Origin: Tubulanus polymorphus
Lineage: Eukaryota; Animalia; Nemertea
Assembly (NCBI RefSeq): GCF_964204645.1
Contig: NC_134026.1
Span: 29,980,150 to 30,044,149 of the forward strand
Length of the DNA: 64,000 nt
Reading direction: 5' to 3'
Position numbers and translations under genes: made by a program
The notes under the pieces: model-generated
The model's database searches: none
Told to the model about the DNA's origin: nothing
The model's input: only the letters and a program-made list of their open reading frames with translations
In this document: positions 40,837 through 54,500 of the stretch, piece after piece
Position numbering within the stretch: the first letter of the stretch is position 1
Layout of the letters: every line of letters starts with the position of its first letter

Positions 40837-43800
40837 CTATAAACCGGAATAAACAGGTTCTTGTTTTCGTGGAATAATTCTCACGTGTTCTTCATCAGAT
40901 TCTACGATTGATTCAGATTCAATTCGCATGTCTACACTTGAATATAATCTAGGTTTCGATCTACGGATTGTTCCAATAATCAGCAAAACTGCTATCAATG
41001 CCACAACTGAAAATAAACAATTCAAAATATGATGATTATTTTCTTCACAGAGTAAATAACTAAAAATCGCATACAGAATAAATATATATGATTTGATGTT
41101 CGAAACAATTGACTAAGGGCTGGTTCCATTGTCATGCTTTGGACTCGAGACCAATCTATAGTCAATCTAACAACTTCAGACCAGACTTAGATTCATAACC
41201 ACTTTTGGAATTAAGTCTCGACTAAGGCACTGGCCCTAGGATAAGGAATATTACGGTAAGTATAAATCAAAAGTAGTGATCATTAATTGTAGAAATCTGT
41301 CACTTGTTACTATTACAACTCACCGATAGATGACGCTATAATGATTACATATAACTCTAAAGACATCTTACAATATTCACCATCTCCTTTCTCGTAGAAT
41401 GGTCTCGCGCAAGTTTGAGGTTCCATTGATCCAGTTGGACAGATGTCTTCAACGGGACATGGACTAGGTGGCAAATTTGGATACTAAAAGATTCAAATAG
41501 GTAAAAAGGGTCAGATATGATACTGAAATAGAAGCATAGTAGCAGGTGTTGAGTGTAAATCACTTACTGGACAGAAAAATTGTTCTGGACAATTTTCACA
41601 GTACTTGGAACCAGGATCGAGACTTATACTACCAGGAGAACAAGCTGAACATAGAGCATTACTCTGATAGCGTTTAGCAGAACCTATAATACAACAATCG
41701 ATAATTAAATATTTGTACCACAAAGTTAAAATATAGAGACGTTAAAATTTACATGTATTCATAAAAATCCAAATTTTCAGTTTTCACCTGTAAACCATTT
41801 TCAAGGAAGGATATAATTGTTATCATATCTTATAGTAAATAAAGGCATGAAATATAAATGGATATGTAAATGTATCTGTAATAAATTCTTACCACGTTTA
41901 CATGGCGTGCAAATTTTGCTTGCCTTTCCAGTTGCTTCATATCCAGCTGGACATCCTTGACACGCACCACAAGCAGAGTGACTAAAATTTATCATTTATT
42001 GAAGTTTTAAGGAAAAGTTGTAATGCGAGAAATGTTCTGTCACACGCAACAACATACCTGCAGTTTGTTCCAACATTACATGGAATACATTCAGTATATT
42101 TTGGAGAACTGAAACTCCCAGCAGGACAGGGCGAACAGGATGTACTGTTTAATTGTGTACTTACATGCCCTACAAATACACAACAGGTACAAACCATGAA
42201 ATATGCACGCACAATCTAGCAAATTACTCTTAGTCGATTAAACAAGGTAAAATATGGAACAAGATTGATACAAACCAGGGTCACAATGCTTGCAAAGTTT
42301 TCGACCATCTGAATCTTTATAAAATCCCATCGGACATGGCTCACATATTGATTGACCCGGATTCCTATAAATATAACCAGTAATTATCAACAAAAATTCT
42401 TGTCCCCGATATATGATCTTTTATCTGTTTACGCTTAATATAACTATATTCAACGCATTGATTGCTGATTACTTCCAAAGTTTTGAATGATTATGAACAA
42501 AACGCAGAAAGTAAATCATCGTCTAATTCTACTTGAATTTTCTTACCTCGTTTCATATCCTGCTGTGCAATTCAAACATTTTGACTGACCAGGTTTTGAC
42601 TGGAATGTACCTGAAAAGTATTTCACACATTGTGAAATATGGGGGTGTATTGTCAGAACAGTGAGCTATCTATCGAAACCGACCTGTAGGGCATAATCTA
42701 CAATTTTCAGTAGCCTCCTTTTTTGCGAATCTACCAGGTTCACAAATCTGACAGGTATAACACCCATCACGACTGAAATTAGAAATAACTATCATTGAGT
42801 GAAAAGTTTGAAATTATTGTACAATATTGCCTTAACGGGTGTTGCAGTCAACTAATTACATACATGTACACCACCACTCTCAAGTTAGTGAATTTCGCTA
42901 GGAATTATTTGGAACCTTCAATTCTCAAATCAGTGGAGTAAATATTTACAGTCCAATCGCTATCGTATAAGGCAGAGTTGAACTTACGCGCACTGGTATC
43001 CTGGTTGACACGCAGAACACTGAACTGCACCAGTTTCATTTTGATAAAATCCTTTTTTACATAACTTACAACCCGGGCTACCAATTACATCATTGTAAGA
43101 ACCTGAAAAGAACATTATTTAACAGAAAGTATAGAAGATTTTGAATCAACAAAAGACGTCACTCTAGAGTTCAAACCCATAATGAAAAAACCCACAAAAT
43201 TTCAAACAAATTTATCAAAAACTGGGAATTTTTAGTTTTCAACCATTATCATTTTTACTAACTGTGAATTTGGATTTCATTGTAAGTTCGAGATTCTAGT
43301 TTTCTATCTCTTCATTCCACTGACCTTTACTGCATTCAGTACATGTTGAACTAGCTTTAGATTGACTATAAGTTCCTTTATCGCATGGAAAACATCTCAC
43401 ATTACCAGTTGTTCCGCTATAATTAATGAAATCCTTTATTCTATGTGTATTTTACTTCACAGTATAGTAGTAGGCTAGTTAAACGTGGCACAGGTAGTTC
43501 TTTGCAAGTTTATTTGATTTCATTAGAAAAATAAGATTTCACTACTAGTGCATGGTGGCATCAGGGATTCCTTTGCCTGATGAACTAATCATATGCATTA
43601 GTAGCGAAATCTCGTATTCCTAATAAAATCAACCTGACCTACAAAGTCCTACCGTAACTGTTTCCACATTCAAAGTATACATTAGATTCGGAATAATCAA
43701 TATTTACTTAGTTGAATATCCAACATTGCACGGGGAACAATTTCCTTGGCGAGATTTCGATTGGTTATATCCAGCTGGACAGGCAGTGCATAATGATTTA

Positions 43801-44027
43801 TTTGAACAGCGTCCAACTCCACAAAGTGATACACAATCTGCAATACGTTAGCATGATTGGAATCAAGACGTTATACTCAGGATATGACCTATTTGCGCTC
43901 ACTAATGGTGCGACTCACCTCTGTCAGAAAAGGTTCCAGGATCGCAGTCAACACATGAAACCGCATCGGTAAATGAAATGCTTTCACAAAATACAACCAA
44001 AAGCAAAACTGAAATGAAAGAAAGCAT
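40837..44027 (-). CDS. Type I membrane protein with tandem Cys-rich ephrin-receptor-like/GCC2-GCC3 (CxxCxxG) repeats
   Basis: Signal peptide MLSFISVLLLVVFCES; many exons of C..C.PG.F/Y type; TM LYVIIIASSIVVALIAVLLIIGTI; short tail ending EPVYSGL. Confidence 0.85.
41117..41238. mobile_element. Degenerate Harbinger-like MITE
   Basis: AGGGCTGGTTCC...CTCGAGAC versus GTCTCGAC...GGCACTGGCCCT. Confidence 0.4.
43490..43654. repeat. Long imperfect palindrome (foldback element), intronic
   Basis: TTGATTTCATTAGAAAAATAAGATTTCACTACTAGTGCAT versus ATGCATTAGTAGCGAAATCTCGTATTCCTAATAAAATCAA, with inner CATCAGG/CCTGATG. Confidence 0.75.
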
Positions 44028-44695
44028 CAATCTTTCTAGATTAGGAACTACGATGTACTGAATGTTTAATTTGTTTAATTAGGCCTGCCCTACCCTGCAA
44101 TGTCAACATCCAAGGTCCTATAGTACCTTGGATATAGGATGATCTAAGCAACAGTTTACCCCCTTACTTCAAATACAAGCCCTCTCTGTGATTTACGAAT
44201 TCGAACTCTAGATTAGAATTCCATTTGAATCAGTACTGACACTGACTATGTCTATGACAGCAAAAAAAAAACGTTATTCTTAGTAAAGTGGAGTGTCAAT
44301 TGAACATTAGAAGTTTTTTTCTGCAGTAGATTTATATTAGCATCTATTACATGCCATTTATCAAAAACAAACCGATTACAATCGTTATTCTTTCCATTAT
44401 ATCCGCATGATCTGTCGCAATTTAGGTAACAGTGTAACTGTCAACAGTGACAAGCATCCACCATTTTGAAATCATGTGACTTCGCTCCCCGTCTTACTCG
44501 AATCGAGGGTTCGAGTCCTTGAATTTTTTGGCAATGAATACATTAAATCATATGTTGTAGCATGCGAGATATGAGTCAAATAAACACGCGCATGCAGTCG
44601 CTTTATCGGTGTTTACGGCGTCTGATGACACGTATAGAGAAACATTCCGCATTGCTCGCATGCCACAGTGGGAATATTATCTAATGAAATCTTAA

Positions 44696-44838
44696 CCGTT
44701 TAGTGCTGCCCCTATCTATATCGTTGACGGCGAATATGTGAACTAAACTTAGCTCGCATGCCGCAGTAGGAATATTATGCAGTCGAGTTAGTTCACGTGT
44801 TTGCCGTTAATGTTGTGTTTCGGGGAAGCACTTGACGG
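44696..44838. repeat. Imperfect inverted repeat with a flanking direct copy of its loop
   Basis: CCGTTTAGTGCT..GACGGCGAATATGTGAACTAA versus TTAGTTCACGTGTTTGCCGT..AGCACTTGACGG; gctcgcatgcc.cagt.ggaatattat at ~44654 and ~44752. Confidence 0.55.
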
Positions 44839-45331
44839 ACAAAATCTGACATACTTGAAACTGTTGAACCGTGAAACCGTCAAAATTGAACTATCTTTTT
44901 GCAAATAAAAAGGTGAATTCCTGTTCGTTAAGATTAATCAATTTTTGAAAAAAATATACACAGACCACGATACTTGAACTTAGTTTTACAGTACGATTAC
45001 TTGAGAACACGAAACAATACAATAAATAGAAGAAATCAACGCCTGATCGCGTAGATTTTTTATTTCTCGATAAGAATATTTTGAACTAATTATTCACGTC
45101 ACGTCGTCACCCCGCATCATCTTAGCTGTCTAGCACAAGCGGATAACTGACGTAAAATGTCACGGCTAATAACAATTTGACGGCCAATATTACGTATGTG
45201 AACGTCACGTGTGCCATGAGTCTGTGTATAAGTTGTTGTATTGATTTCTCGAATTTCATATTTCATTTTATCCCCACTTATGTTGTTCTATTCAATTTTG
45301 TAATCTGTCCGATTGAACGACAGCAAACTAA

Positions 45332-46318
45332 TTATATAAGTTCTAAATCGTTGGATTGTCCACAGCGATGTCGTTGATCATCCACACTTGACGTTTTGGC
45401 TGTTAATATCCCTGTACAATTGCGTAACATCTGCACGTATCCCTTCCTGATGTTACAGTTCATCGTTCCATAAATAACGGGATTTATCAAAGTATTCGAA
45501 TGAACTAGAATAGCCGCAGGTAATAAGACTTTACCAACGTTCGGTGAAGAAAGATTATTATCGACAAGAATTACAACCGTGTAAGGCAAAGTAACCAGAA
45601 CTAAAGCCAAAAATGCCACAAACATGCCCAGCATCGCTCGGAGGCTATGGCCACTCAATCTGTTCTTTAATATGCGGTTTTTGGACTTTGTTATTTTACG
45701 GAATGAAAATATATACAAAAAGAACGTCACAAAGCCAGGTATCACCAAACCTACAAGCATGCTATACACGCACGCTTTTGGATGACGAGTGTCAAAGATG
45801 CAGCTATATCGACGACTATCATATCTGTATCGACACGTATTTGGTGGTATCAATGTGACGGAAACCAGTAACGGCATTAACAACCAGATTCCAATTGTTA
45901 TCAGTGCGACATTTCTTTCTCGATAGATTTTCATATAAGTTGACCGGTGCTTACAGATTTTGATGTATCTATTAACAGCAATTGCCATTTGTCCGAACAA
46001 CGACATTCCAAAACCTGAAACAGTAAATATACCTATTGCCGTACATAGATCTGTATTTGTAACGATATTTGTTTGAAGAATAGTAGAAGCAGCCATCACT
46101 GGTTGAATCGAAAGTCCTAATAACATATCAGAAACGCCCACGGACAATATGAAATAATTTTCAACTGTTCTCAATTTCTTGCGACAACTAATTGCTACAA
46201 TGATCATCGTATTGCCAATAATTCCCGATAAATCTATGAATATCAAAGCACTTGCTTGGAGATAAATCCTCCATAGTTCACTGGTGCCGTTTTCTGACGT
46301 GTTCATTTTGTATGCCAT
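45332..46318 (-). CDS. Intronless class A GPCR, melatonin-receptor-like (NRY)
   Basis: 7 TM; GIIGN, VSD, IAVNRYIKIC, YSCIF in ECL2, LPY, INPVIYGTMN. Confidence 0.88.
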   Translation of the reverse strand: MAYKMNTSENGTSELWRIYLQASALIFIDLSGIIGNTMIIVAISCRKKLRTVENYFILSVGVSDMLLGLSIQPVMAASTILQTNIVTNTDLCTAIGIFTVSGFGMSLFGQMAIAVNRYIKICKHRSTYMKIYRERNVALITIGIWLLMPLLVSVTLIPPNTCRYRYDSRRYSCIFDTRHPKACVYSMLVGLVIPGFVTFFLYIFSFRKITKSKNRILKNRLSGHSLRAMLGMFVAFLALVLVTLPYTVVILVDNNLSSPNVGKVLLPAAILVHSNTLINPVIYGTMNCNIRKGYVQMLRNCTGILTAKTSSVDDQRHRCGQSNDLELI

Positions 46319-46717
46319 TTATTCAGAAATGAGGAAGTTTATTCAATATCGATGTACTTTTATTATAGATTATCATTTATCTAATATGATTTTTCATGAT
46401 TTCTCCCGCAAAAATATAAAAATGACGTATACATTTCCGCGTGCAAGCAACACGACTCAAACTTGATATCATCATATCTTGATAAATATTGTATTCTGCT
46501 TTATATAGAAATACATACATCTGCCAAAAATATGGCCAACATAACTCATTAATGTGATATTAATTTTCATTAAACGTTATACGATGCGCATTCCAAAACC
46601 TTTCTTCACAAACTTGTCGTACGTAGATTTTCAGATATCATCTGCACTGATGTCCGAACTCGATATTTCCACACGAGTTCTTTAAGATTGTAATATGTCA
46701 AAGTGTATTTAACGTTT

Positions 46718-47821
46718 TCAGAACTGCGAGGATGTATCTTTAACGTTTGAGACATGATTGAGTTTGTTATTCATTCCAATGCGGCTTAAAGTAGAAGTTG
46801 AACCTCGTCTTTTGCTGCTACGCCTTCGCTGCAGAGCAGAATTCAATCCTCTCCGCCAACTGCACAGTAAACGCAACACGTTTTTGTAGCCGCGTCTGAA
46901 ATTTTTGTTCATGAAGCCGTAGACGATAGGATTAACACCAGTGCTACAATACGAGATCACGATAAAAACACGGGTTGCTTTTCTCAAATGATCAGTGTGC
47001 TCGATGTAATTGTTTATGATACTACAAATTGTAAACGGATAAAAAAGTAAAACGAGCATCAGAAAAGCTATAAACAGAGTCATTATAGAACGCATTTTTG
47101 TGGCTGTTTTCCGTGTCGTTCGGCTCGTCTGTCGGACGATCTGTTTGACGCTGTAAATGCGTTCTTCTGCTTGACGAATCGTGAGGAAAATCTTCAAATA
47201 CAAAGCGAACATAACTATAGTAGGGATTAACAACGCCACTCCTAGAAAAACTAAGATACAGCTTTTTGGCTTTTGTGTATTGAAGAGACAGGATTTCATA
47301 TGTTTATCATAACCGTAATAACAAACGCCACTGAACTGACTGATTGAAATTCCCGCTATACAGAAGATCCAGATGAAAATGCACATCAGAATTACGTTAC
47401 GGAGTGTGTAGATTTTCGGATACGCGGTGTGACAACATATTCTATGATAACGATTGATAGCTATAACGCACTGTCCGTACAATGATACACCAAACGTGAT
47501 GCTAGCAAACATTCCAGCGGCCTGGCACAGCCCGGAGTACCCGAGCACGCTGCCCCTCAGCGCAGTAGAGGCCACCACAGTTGGATAGACGAGTAACGCG
47601 AGAAGAAAATCGGAGACGCTTACCGCGATGATAAATGCGTTAGAACTAGTTTGTAAACGTTTCGTCACAGCGAAAGATGAAATGATCAGAGCGTTTCCTA
47701 AAATGCTGATTATCGTTACTATAGTCATTAGAAATACGTCTAAGGACACCATCCATTCCGGAAATCTTATACCAATCGGAACAGTACCGTTCAAATCACT
47801 ATAATTTGACATTTTTGACAT
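46718..47821 (-). CDS. Intronless class A GPCR, melatonin-receptor-like (NRY), tandem paralogue
   Basis: 7 TM; LGN, VSD, IAINRYHRIC, KSCLF, YPF, VNPIVYGFMNKNFRRGY. First ATG is at 47821. Confidence 0.9.
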   Translation of the reverse strand: MSKMSNYSDLNGTVPIGIRFPEWMVSLDVFLMTIVTIISILGNALIISSFAVTKRLQTSSNAFIIAVSVSDFLLALLVYPTVVASTALRGSVLGYSGLCQAAGMFASITFGVSLYGQCVIAINRYHRICCHTAYPKIYTLRNVILMCIFIWIFCIAGISISQFSGVCYYGYDKHMKSCLFNTQKPKSCILVFLGVALLIPTIVMFALYLKIFLTIRQAEERIYSVKQIVRQTSRTTRKTATKMRSIMTLFIAFLMLVLLFYPFTICSIINNYIEHTDHLRKATRVFIVISYCSTGVNPIVYGFMNKNFRRGYKNVLRLLCSWRRGLNSALQRRRSSKRRGSTSTLSRIGMNNKLNHVSNVKDTSSQF

Positions 47822-48498
47822 TAATTCCTTCACCTCGATCCGATCTAAATCACCTCGGTATCAACTAACTTGTTTACGGATATAAGCCCAATTACAAACT
47901 ATTGAAATTTCGAAATTATAATTCATTGTAGAGTTAATTTATTGATATACCCGTATCTATTGATATAACGTCATTTTCATGTCACAATAAAACAACAAAG
48001 ACAAAATTGATTGAAAATACGGGATTTACTTCCTGTAGGAAGACTGGAACTGAAATACGTATGAATATATATCATTGTACATACACTTTATTAACCCATC
48101 CTGAGTACTGACCACACCCCACGCCTACCAGTACCGGCAACCGGTAGTTGAATACCGGACGTTAGTCAAGTATGAAGTAAGGAGAAGAGAGTTCAGAACG
48201 AGTTTGAATTTAAAGAAAATGCACTGTTTGATACAGAAATTGAGAATATTAGATAAGATCCCGCACAAGGCGGAAAAACGAGTCCGTAAAGTTGACTTGA
48301 ATGAGTACTTTATCCACTGTATCCTAACAGTATTATTGTATCATTTTACAATGACAATAGATTCATGATGTTGCGATATAAACCAGGGTTTTGGAAAAAG
48401 CAAGGCTCGTGTAAACTGAAACCATGAAAAGCAATGTTAGGTGAAGAATGTTAGTCTAGTTGGTCAACAGTATAACAAAATCATCTTCAGGAATATTG

Positions 48499-48535
48499 TA
48501 TTCCTGGATTCAGTATTCCTGGATTCAGTATTCCT
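48499..48535. repeat. 15-bp minisatellite (tattcctggattcag x2.5)
   Basis: Direct tandem copies are visible. Confidence 0.8.
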
Positions 48536-51500
48536 GTCCGGACTATAGTTTTTCCTTTGTATTGTGGGAATGTGTTATACTGTCGCAACAACACGGAAGT
48601 AGTATTATTATACGTAAACTGAGTCATTTGTACAACTGTCGTCTTTATCGCTGTCGTGTACGCTTTCCAGCGAAAATGTGTGGCTAACAATTAGTAGGCG
48701 ATAACTATCAAAAGGAAATAAAATTCAGAAAATTATCTGCATCTATTATTGTGAGATTCAATTATTTATGATATACAATTAATGTTGACTAATGAAAATA
48801 TACGTTGTTAAACATGTGAACAGAGGCTGTAACTAAACGTCTCAAGAGGCAATTATAGCGACTGGCTTTTTCTGCCTGTCTCGTTTTATTTTTGACGTTT
48901 TCTCATCCAGAAATCAATGACACTGTGAAAAGAAAACACGCTACTGTCTCTTTACTATCTCCTTCCTGAACTTCGGCGAAAGGAGGCAATTTTAGAAATT
49001 CTTATATATTTATAAATATATCCGTGATTCATATCGAAGAATACGTTTATGTAATGAACGCTGTTATATATTTAGCGACTAGCTCACTTAACAATACGAT
49101 AAACCTGAATCACATCGAGTATACAATATCCGGATGACATCATCATTAAAACGCTACCTTTCTTCCGTACGAATATCCTGTAATTGCTTCAGCGGAGAAT
49201 CGAAATGAAAACGAGAAGCGCCAGCACCGTCGACATCGTCTGTAGCCACCACATCGTTGTCGATCAGTAAATCTATGCACGGACTTGTGTTCACTATGTC
49301 TGTGATGATGAGACAGTCTCTGCGAGAATACGTAGCCATAGCCCTTATTTACATATAGGGATATAAGTATTATCAGAAATTGTATGCAAAAGAAACGCGT
49401 CAATTACGTAAGTATCTTATCACGTTCAAACAAATTTATGTACTTAATACGCTGCAGTTTCACCATTGATATCTATTCGTTTCGTTTTTATTATGTGCAT
49501 CATTACGTAGCAATTTGATGTTCGGACGCGAATAAACAATAACAGCATCCGCGGTGCCCACGTGCTCAATACTAGAATAACGAAAAATCGAATCTTTCCC
49601 CGTAACTATAGTTTTTGTTGTTAAGTTTGAATTGGTCTAAGCTCATCGACATCGAGATTATAACACTCGACTATTTCCCAACGGTTATTTATTTTTGTCT
49701 TTACACCAACTCGAACTGATGATACTCGAGTTGGTTTTTTGATGGGAGTACGTTTTATTGACAGATATACAGAAACATTCTATTGGCTCGTAATAATTCA
49801 TTATCCAGCAAAGCATAGTACATACACACACTTATAATACCGGTACCGAAACAATAGGAGCCAAATTCACCGTGAAGGCCTGATAACAAATTAAGATGCC
49901 GATACTACTATTGGCCATATGATAGAAAATTAATTTGATATATTTCATCGCAATGCAAACGACTAGATCATAACTCTTTCACTGAGGGATTCGAACCTAT
50001 ACTGTTGAAGATAGTGGTGAATGTTACACATAGATAACTCAAACGTTGAAGTATGGGGTTTGCTGATTATTGCATTCCGGGATCCCAGTTCTACGCCGGA
50101 CGTTGATCGAACCCCCAATAACCGAATGCTTCTTAAAAGGGTTTAATGCAAGTTGCATCCGAAACATGAAATTTCATAATAGCAGCGCCTGATTTTGTCT
50201 AATTTGAAGCTCGGGCATTTCCATCTTCCTGTCTTAACTCGAAAAATTACACCTGGCCTGGGACCAATTACCCGCAATCATTAACAACTGTGTTAATGGG
50301 GTACTAATAAAGCGTTTAGGTGGTGGCATCGTCAGCATGATTAGTCAATGATGGCTTAAGGACAAATCATACTGCGGGCATCGAGGGCCTTCAATATCGT
50401 TGTTCAGAGCATCTTAACTAAATAAACTACGTCATATAGAAATGATTGATTGAAGTCAGAAATTACAGATCAAACTCAAAACCAAACCACTTCAATTGCC
50501 TAATTCATGAATTTCACCTATATATATATACCTTAACTTCGAGTATAAAACTCAATAAGTTGATAAGATAGATATGAAAATCAATCGTTCACCAAGTTAT
50601 TAACAGTTTTATAGAAAAAGAGGTTTTCGTTGGTAGATTTTCGAATCTTTAGAAATTGTTTAACGTTGTCACTGGATTTTGAGCAGTAGATTTATTTCCA
50701 ATAAGCCACAGATGTTTGACTGATCTGCCCTCGTATCTCTAAAGAAACACAGTCCCGAAGACTGGGCAAAAATGCATGGAAACATGAAAGGAGAGATAGT
50801 AACAGATTCCAACCTTTTTTTTATCTTAGTCTCCCCCGAATACCGAGGATTGTTTATAAGACATGTCCCCCGCACTGGAGCCTTTCTTCGCCTTATCACT
50901 GTGAACAATATCACTTGCAGCAGCAACGTTTTTAGTTTTTTAGTTTATTTCAGCTGGCTTGGTATTTTGACGAGTGAACGAATGAATAATAATGATAATT
51001 CTTACTTGAATTCTGCAGACGTATTTGTCGTCGTGTGAGTCAAATGAGCAGAATGAATCCTAATGATGAATTCTACTAATCAACTAAACTAAAAATAGAA
51101 CAAGTGGTTCGTTAACATTTTCATGTTTCATGTGTGTATTCTTATATAAGATATGACTATAGGAGCGCAGGTTATTCTTGTCTTCGTTGTTTCTTAGCTG
51201 AATCCCACGCAACCACGTAAAAAATTCTAATTGATACGGCTTTCAACCCACGGTTGGCCTCGATGTTAGTTTGTAATGTAGTCACGACCACCAGCGTCGC
51301 TAGCTTAGCCTTATCTTCTGCGCATAAAGCGACGTGATCAGTGACATTCTCGAACATATTTTTCTTGAAATTCACCAGTATATCGCGCGCGCATCCAAGT
51401 CAATTTCAGTAGTTGCCGAAGTTTTCAAGAAACAAAGACTTCGCATATAGAATATCATGACAACATTTCATTGCCTTCATATCCACAGAATTCGTTTAAT

Positions 51501-54500
51501 AGGTTAAAACCCATGTCCCCAATTTTAGATTGATAATGAATATATGTCACTCCAGGTGGCAAACCCCGTTTGGTCAATATCGATAATGTGAAAATCATTG
51601 ATTCAAACATAATGCTTTATATGTTTTTAATAAACCATTAAATGATAAGCACATTATCCATATCTACATCAAAAGACTAAGAACTTGTCACCGTGTACTG
51701 AATAGAGTGAGGGGTCGTCCGTATTTTGACTTCTAATTTACACATATGAATTCGGATGAAGTTTGACACCATTTCTTGGAACCTCTTCATAACGATCGTT
51801 GAATATCATTTCATATTTATATACGTAATTTTTATTATTGAGATTACGAACGCGTGAATGGAATTCATATGCTGCAGATTATCCCCGTGTGACAAAACAG
51901 TTTGACGAGTCCGGAGATTCATTTGAACGAGTGGATTATTATAGCAATTCTAAAAACATCAAATGTAAGTAGGTTTTCTCAGGATAGAAATAGAAGTCAA
52001 TGACAATTTTGACGGTTAAATCATGCAAAAGTTGTTCTCTGTTTGTTTTTTCGATCGCGAACGTCGGGTCATTTACCTATTTGCGCAGTTTATTTCTATG
52101 TGAAAAAAATCTCATTCATTGGAAGTTCATGAAGGGCCGCGAATATTCAACCCGGTTGTGAAACGTCGTTGTACTTTATTCAATTCAATTTATTCGTAAT
52201 TGTATTGAATATCAGTTCGAACAACTCGCTAGTATATACATGTGAAACAGTGGCTAAAGTTTTGAGGCTTCGCTGATGATCTGTCGAATTAAAGCCCCCT
52301 TGACTAACTGCACCCAAATTCTTTATAACCGACCTCTCACTGATTTTAAGAACTGCCGCTGCTAACACAGAATTAACGGAATGTATGCGAATCATTATCG
52401 GGCTTCTAGAATTTCATTTGACGCACCAGACAACCTCTGTGGGAACATCTACTTACTCCCGCTATTAACTAATAAGTATTGACAAAAATGTGTAAACATC
52501 ATTTCATTTTATCTATGCGTTACGTTATGATATTGATGTTATAATCAAAGATCTAGATTTTGTGGTCAGATTTTTCTTCGCATGTTTTGATCTTGAATCT
52601 CAGTTTATTTTTGTATAGTTTTCGTGTGGTTAGCATCAAATGATTTCGTCCTTTCCATTTATTTTTTCCCATAAAAGCAATTCTTTTGGTTGCGATATTT
52701 CATTAATCGCGTCAAATCTTTTTATTATTCGTGGCTTGCAATCACAATAAAATGAAAAGTCGAGGATTAAAATTCTCTATATGTTTAAATATTCTCTTTA
52801 AGATAGGTCACGATATGAATTTATCTTTTTGTGATTTGCTTATCTTCTGTCCGCATTTTGAAACGTCTGTAAGCGATCAATCTCTTTATTCGACGAAGCA
52901 ATGACAAGCAAAGCGTGAAAGAATGCAAAAATTTTACGCGTTGAAAAAAGATACTTGACCCGTCTTGCGATACAAATATTCAAAACTATGTATCGTAATT
53001 TCATTCAAGAATCATATTTACAACGCAATTAGTCAACGTAGAATATTTGGCCCAGTTTGAAAAAAAGACGTTTAGATTTTGTCTGACGAGACGAAACTTC
53101 TTAAAAAACGAGAAATTCGCCATCTGATTTATAATGAAATTCTTTTGACTTCAATAATGAATAGTAAGAAAGGCAAACAAAACTACGTTCACATTTTCCG
53201 GGAACAGGTCTGACATTGGACGCTACAATTAAATTGACTTCCAACATTTCGCCTCCCGAGGCTCGCGACATTACTCAAAGCAAACACTTTTTAGGTTTAC
53301 ACTGCCGCCAGAAAGGTGACAATACTCGACAGACTTTGCCTATAACTATTTGTTGTTCGTACTAAATACAGCCTACTAAAAACGTCTACAGACGCCTGAG
53401 ACAAACAACAAAACCGTTTCAATTTACTGAATGATAATACGTTTTCAAACGCTTTCAATAAATCATTTATGTCGAGATTTTCTGGTCACCGCTTTCCCCA
53501 CCACACAATTGGAAATCAGTCAGTCAGATATAGCCGGAGAGCAGGAAGTTAAGAGAAGTTAATGAGTGTATCCTTGCAGGAATAATCTTTCTGACCGATT
53601 AGCTATGAGACAGAGACAATCTAAGACATATATACGATGCGTATATACGATGAAATTTTTGGCGCGGTGTCTCGTAATTATTCCAAATATTCGTTATTTA
53701 CATTGTTATCTAATATGAAAGGTTAGCCCCTGTCATTAAATTGCTTCTGGAATGACATTTTTCAAATTGTTCGAGTAAATTGACTGTTGGCGTTCTGACA
53801 AATTTAATCTGTTTAAACTAACACGTTTTACACGGCTTCAAAGTAGTTCATTTCTAAAAAAGGAACGATCGCGAAATTTCAATTGGCCCGTCCCAGAATT
53901 CTAAAATTCCTGTTACCTCAGATAGATGGTATGTAATAAATCTTAATATATATCATTTATTCAATGTCATGTTATTACGTTTAATACAGGATTGCAAGAC
54001 ATAAAACATTTAAACATTAATCGTGAATTCACTACAGTCACTATTTGGCTTTGTCCAAAGTTGTAACAGCCAGTGGGCTATGTGACTGATCCCTCCACTT
54101 ACTGATGTAAAAACTCTGCAATTCATAGTTTCATCTCTGTCTTTAGGTGAAAAATAAATTATCAAAAAATTCGATGGCATTTTCTTGTGTGCTCGGAATC
54201 TGATTCATTTTCTTTTGATCAGTTTCTTTTTGACCGAAACAATGACGGAATCAGATTTTATCTTTAGACGATAATTTCTAAATATAACTAATTTTGATGA
54301 TGAGCGGATATTTCTGGGAAGCGCAACACGCGTAAACAGCGCCTAATGACAGCGTGTCATCACTTTTTTTTTATAAATCAAGTTTCTTTTTCTGTGTCGG
54401 TGACGAAGGTAGCCGCCGACAAAAATATACACAGAAAACGTGAATAGATTTTCAACTGTGGAGAGGATAGTTGATTTGTTGTCGGTGTCTTTTCTTCTCT

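Noticed and set aside
40840-40860. ITIM in the Cys-rich receptor tail
   Set aside because: The Y-2 residue is Pro, not I/V/L/S, and the two tyrosines are too far apart for an ITAM.
49146-49403. ORF resembling a secreted Cys/Arg-rich peptide precursor
   Set aside because: It starts at TTG directly after a stop codon, with no ATG or convincing acceptor and no homology I can recognise.
49384-49413. ATG...|gtaagt as first FGF exon (also the candidate at ~54533)
   Set aside because: Both are phase 0, but the signal-peptide exon requires a phase-2 donor.
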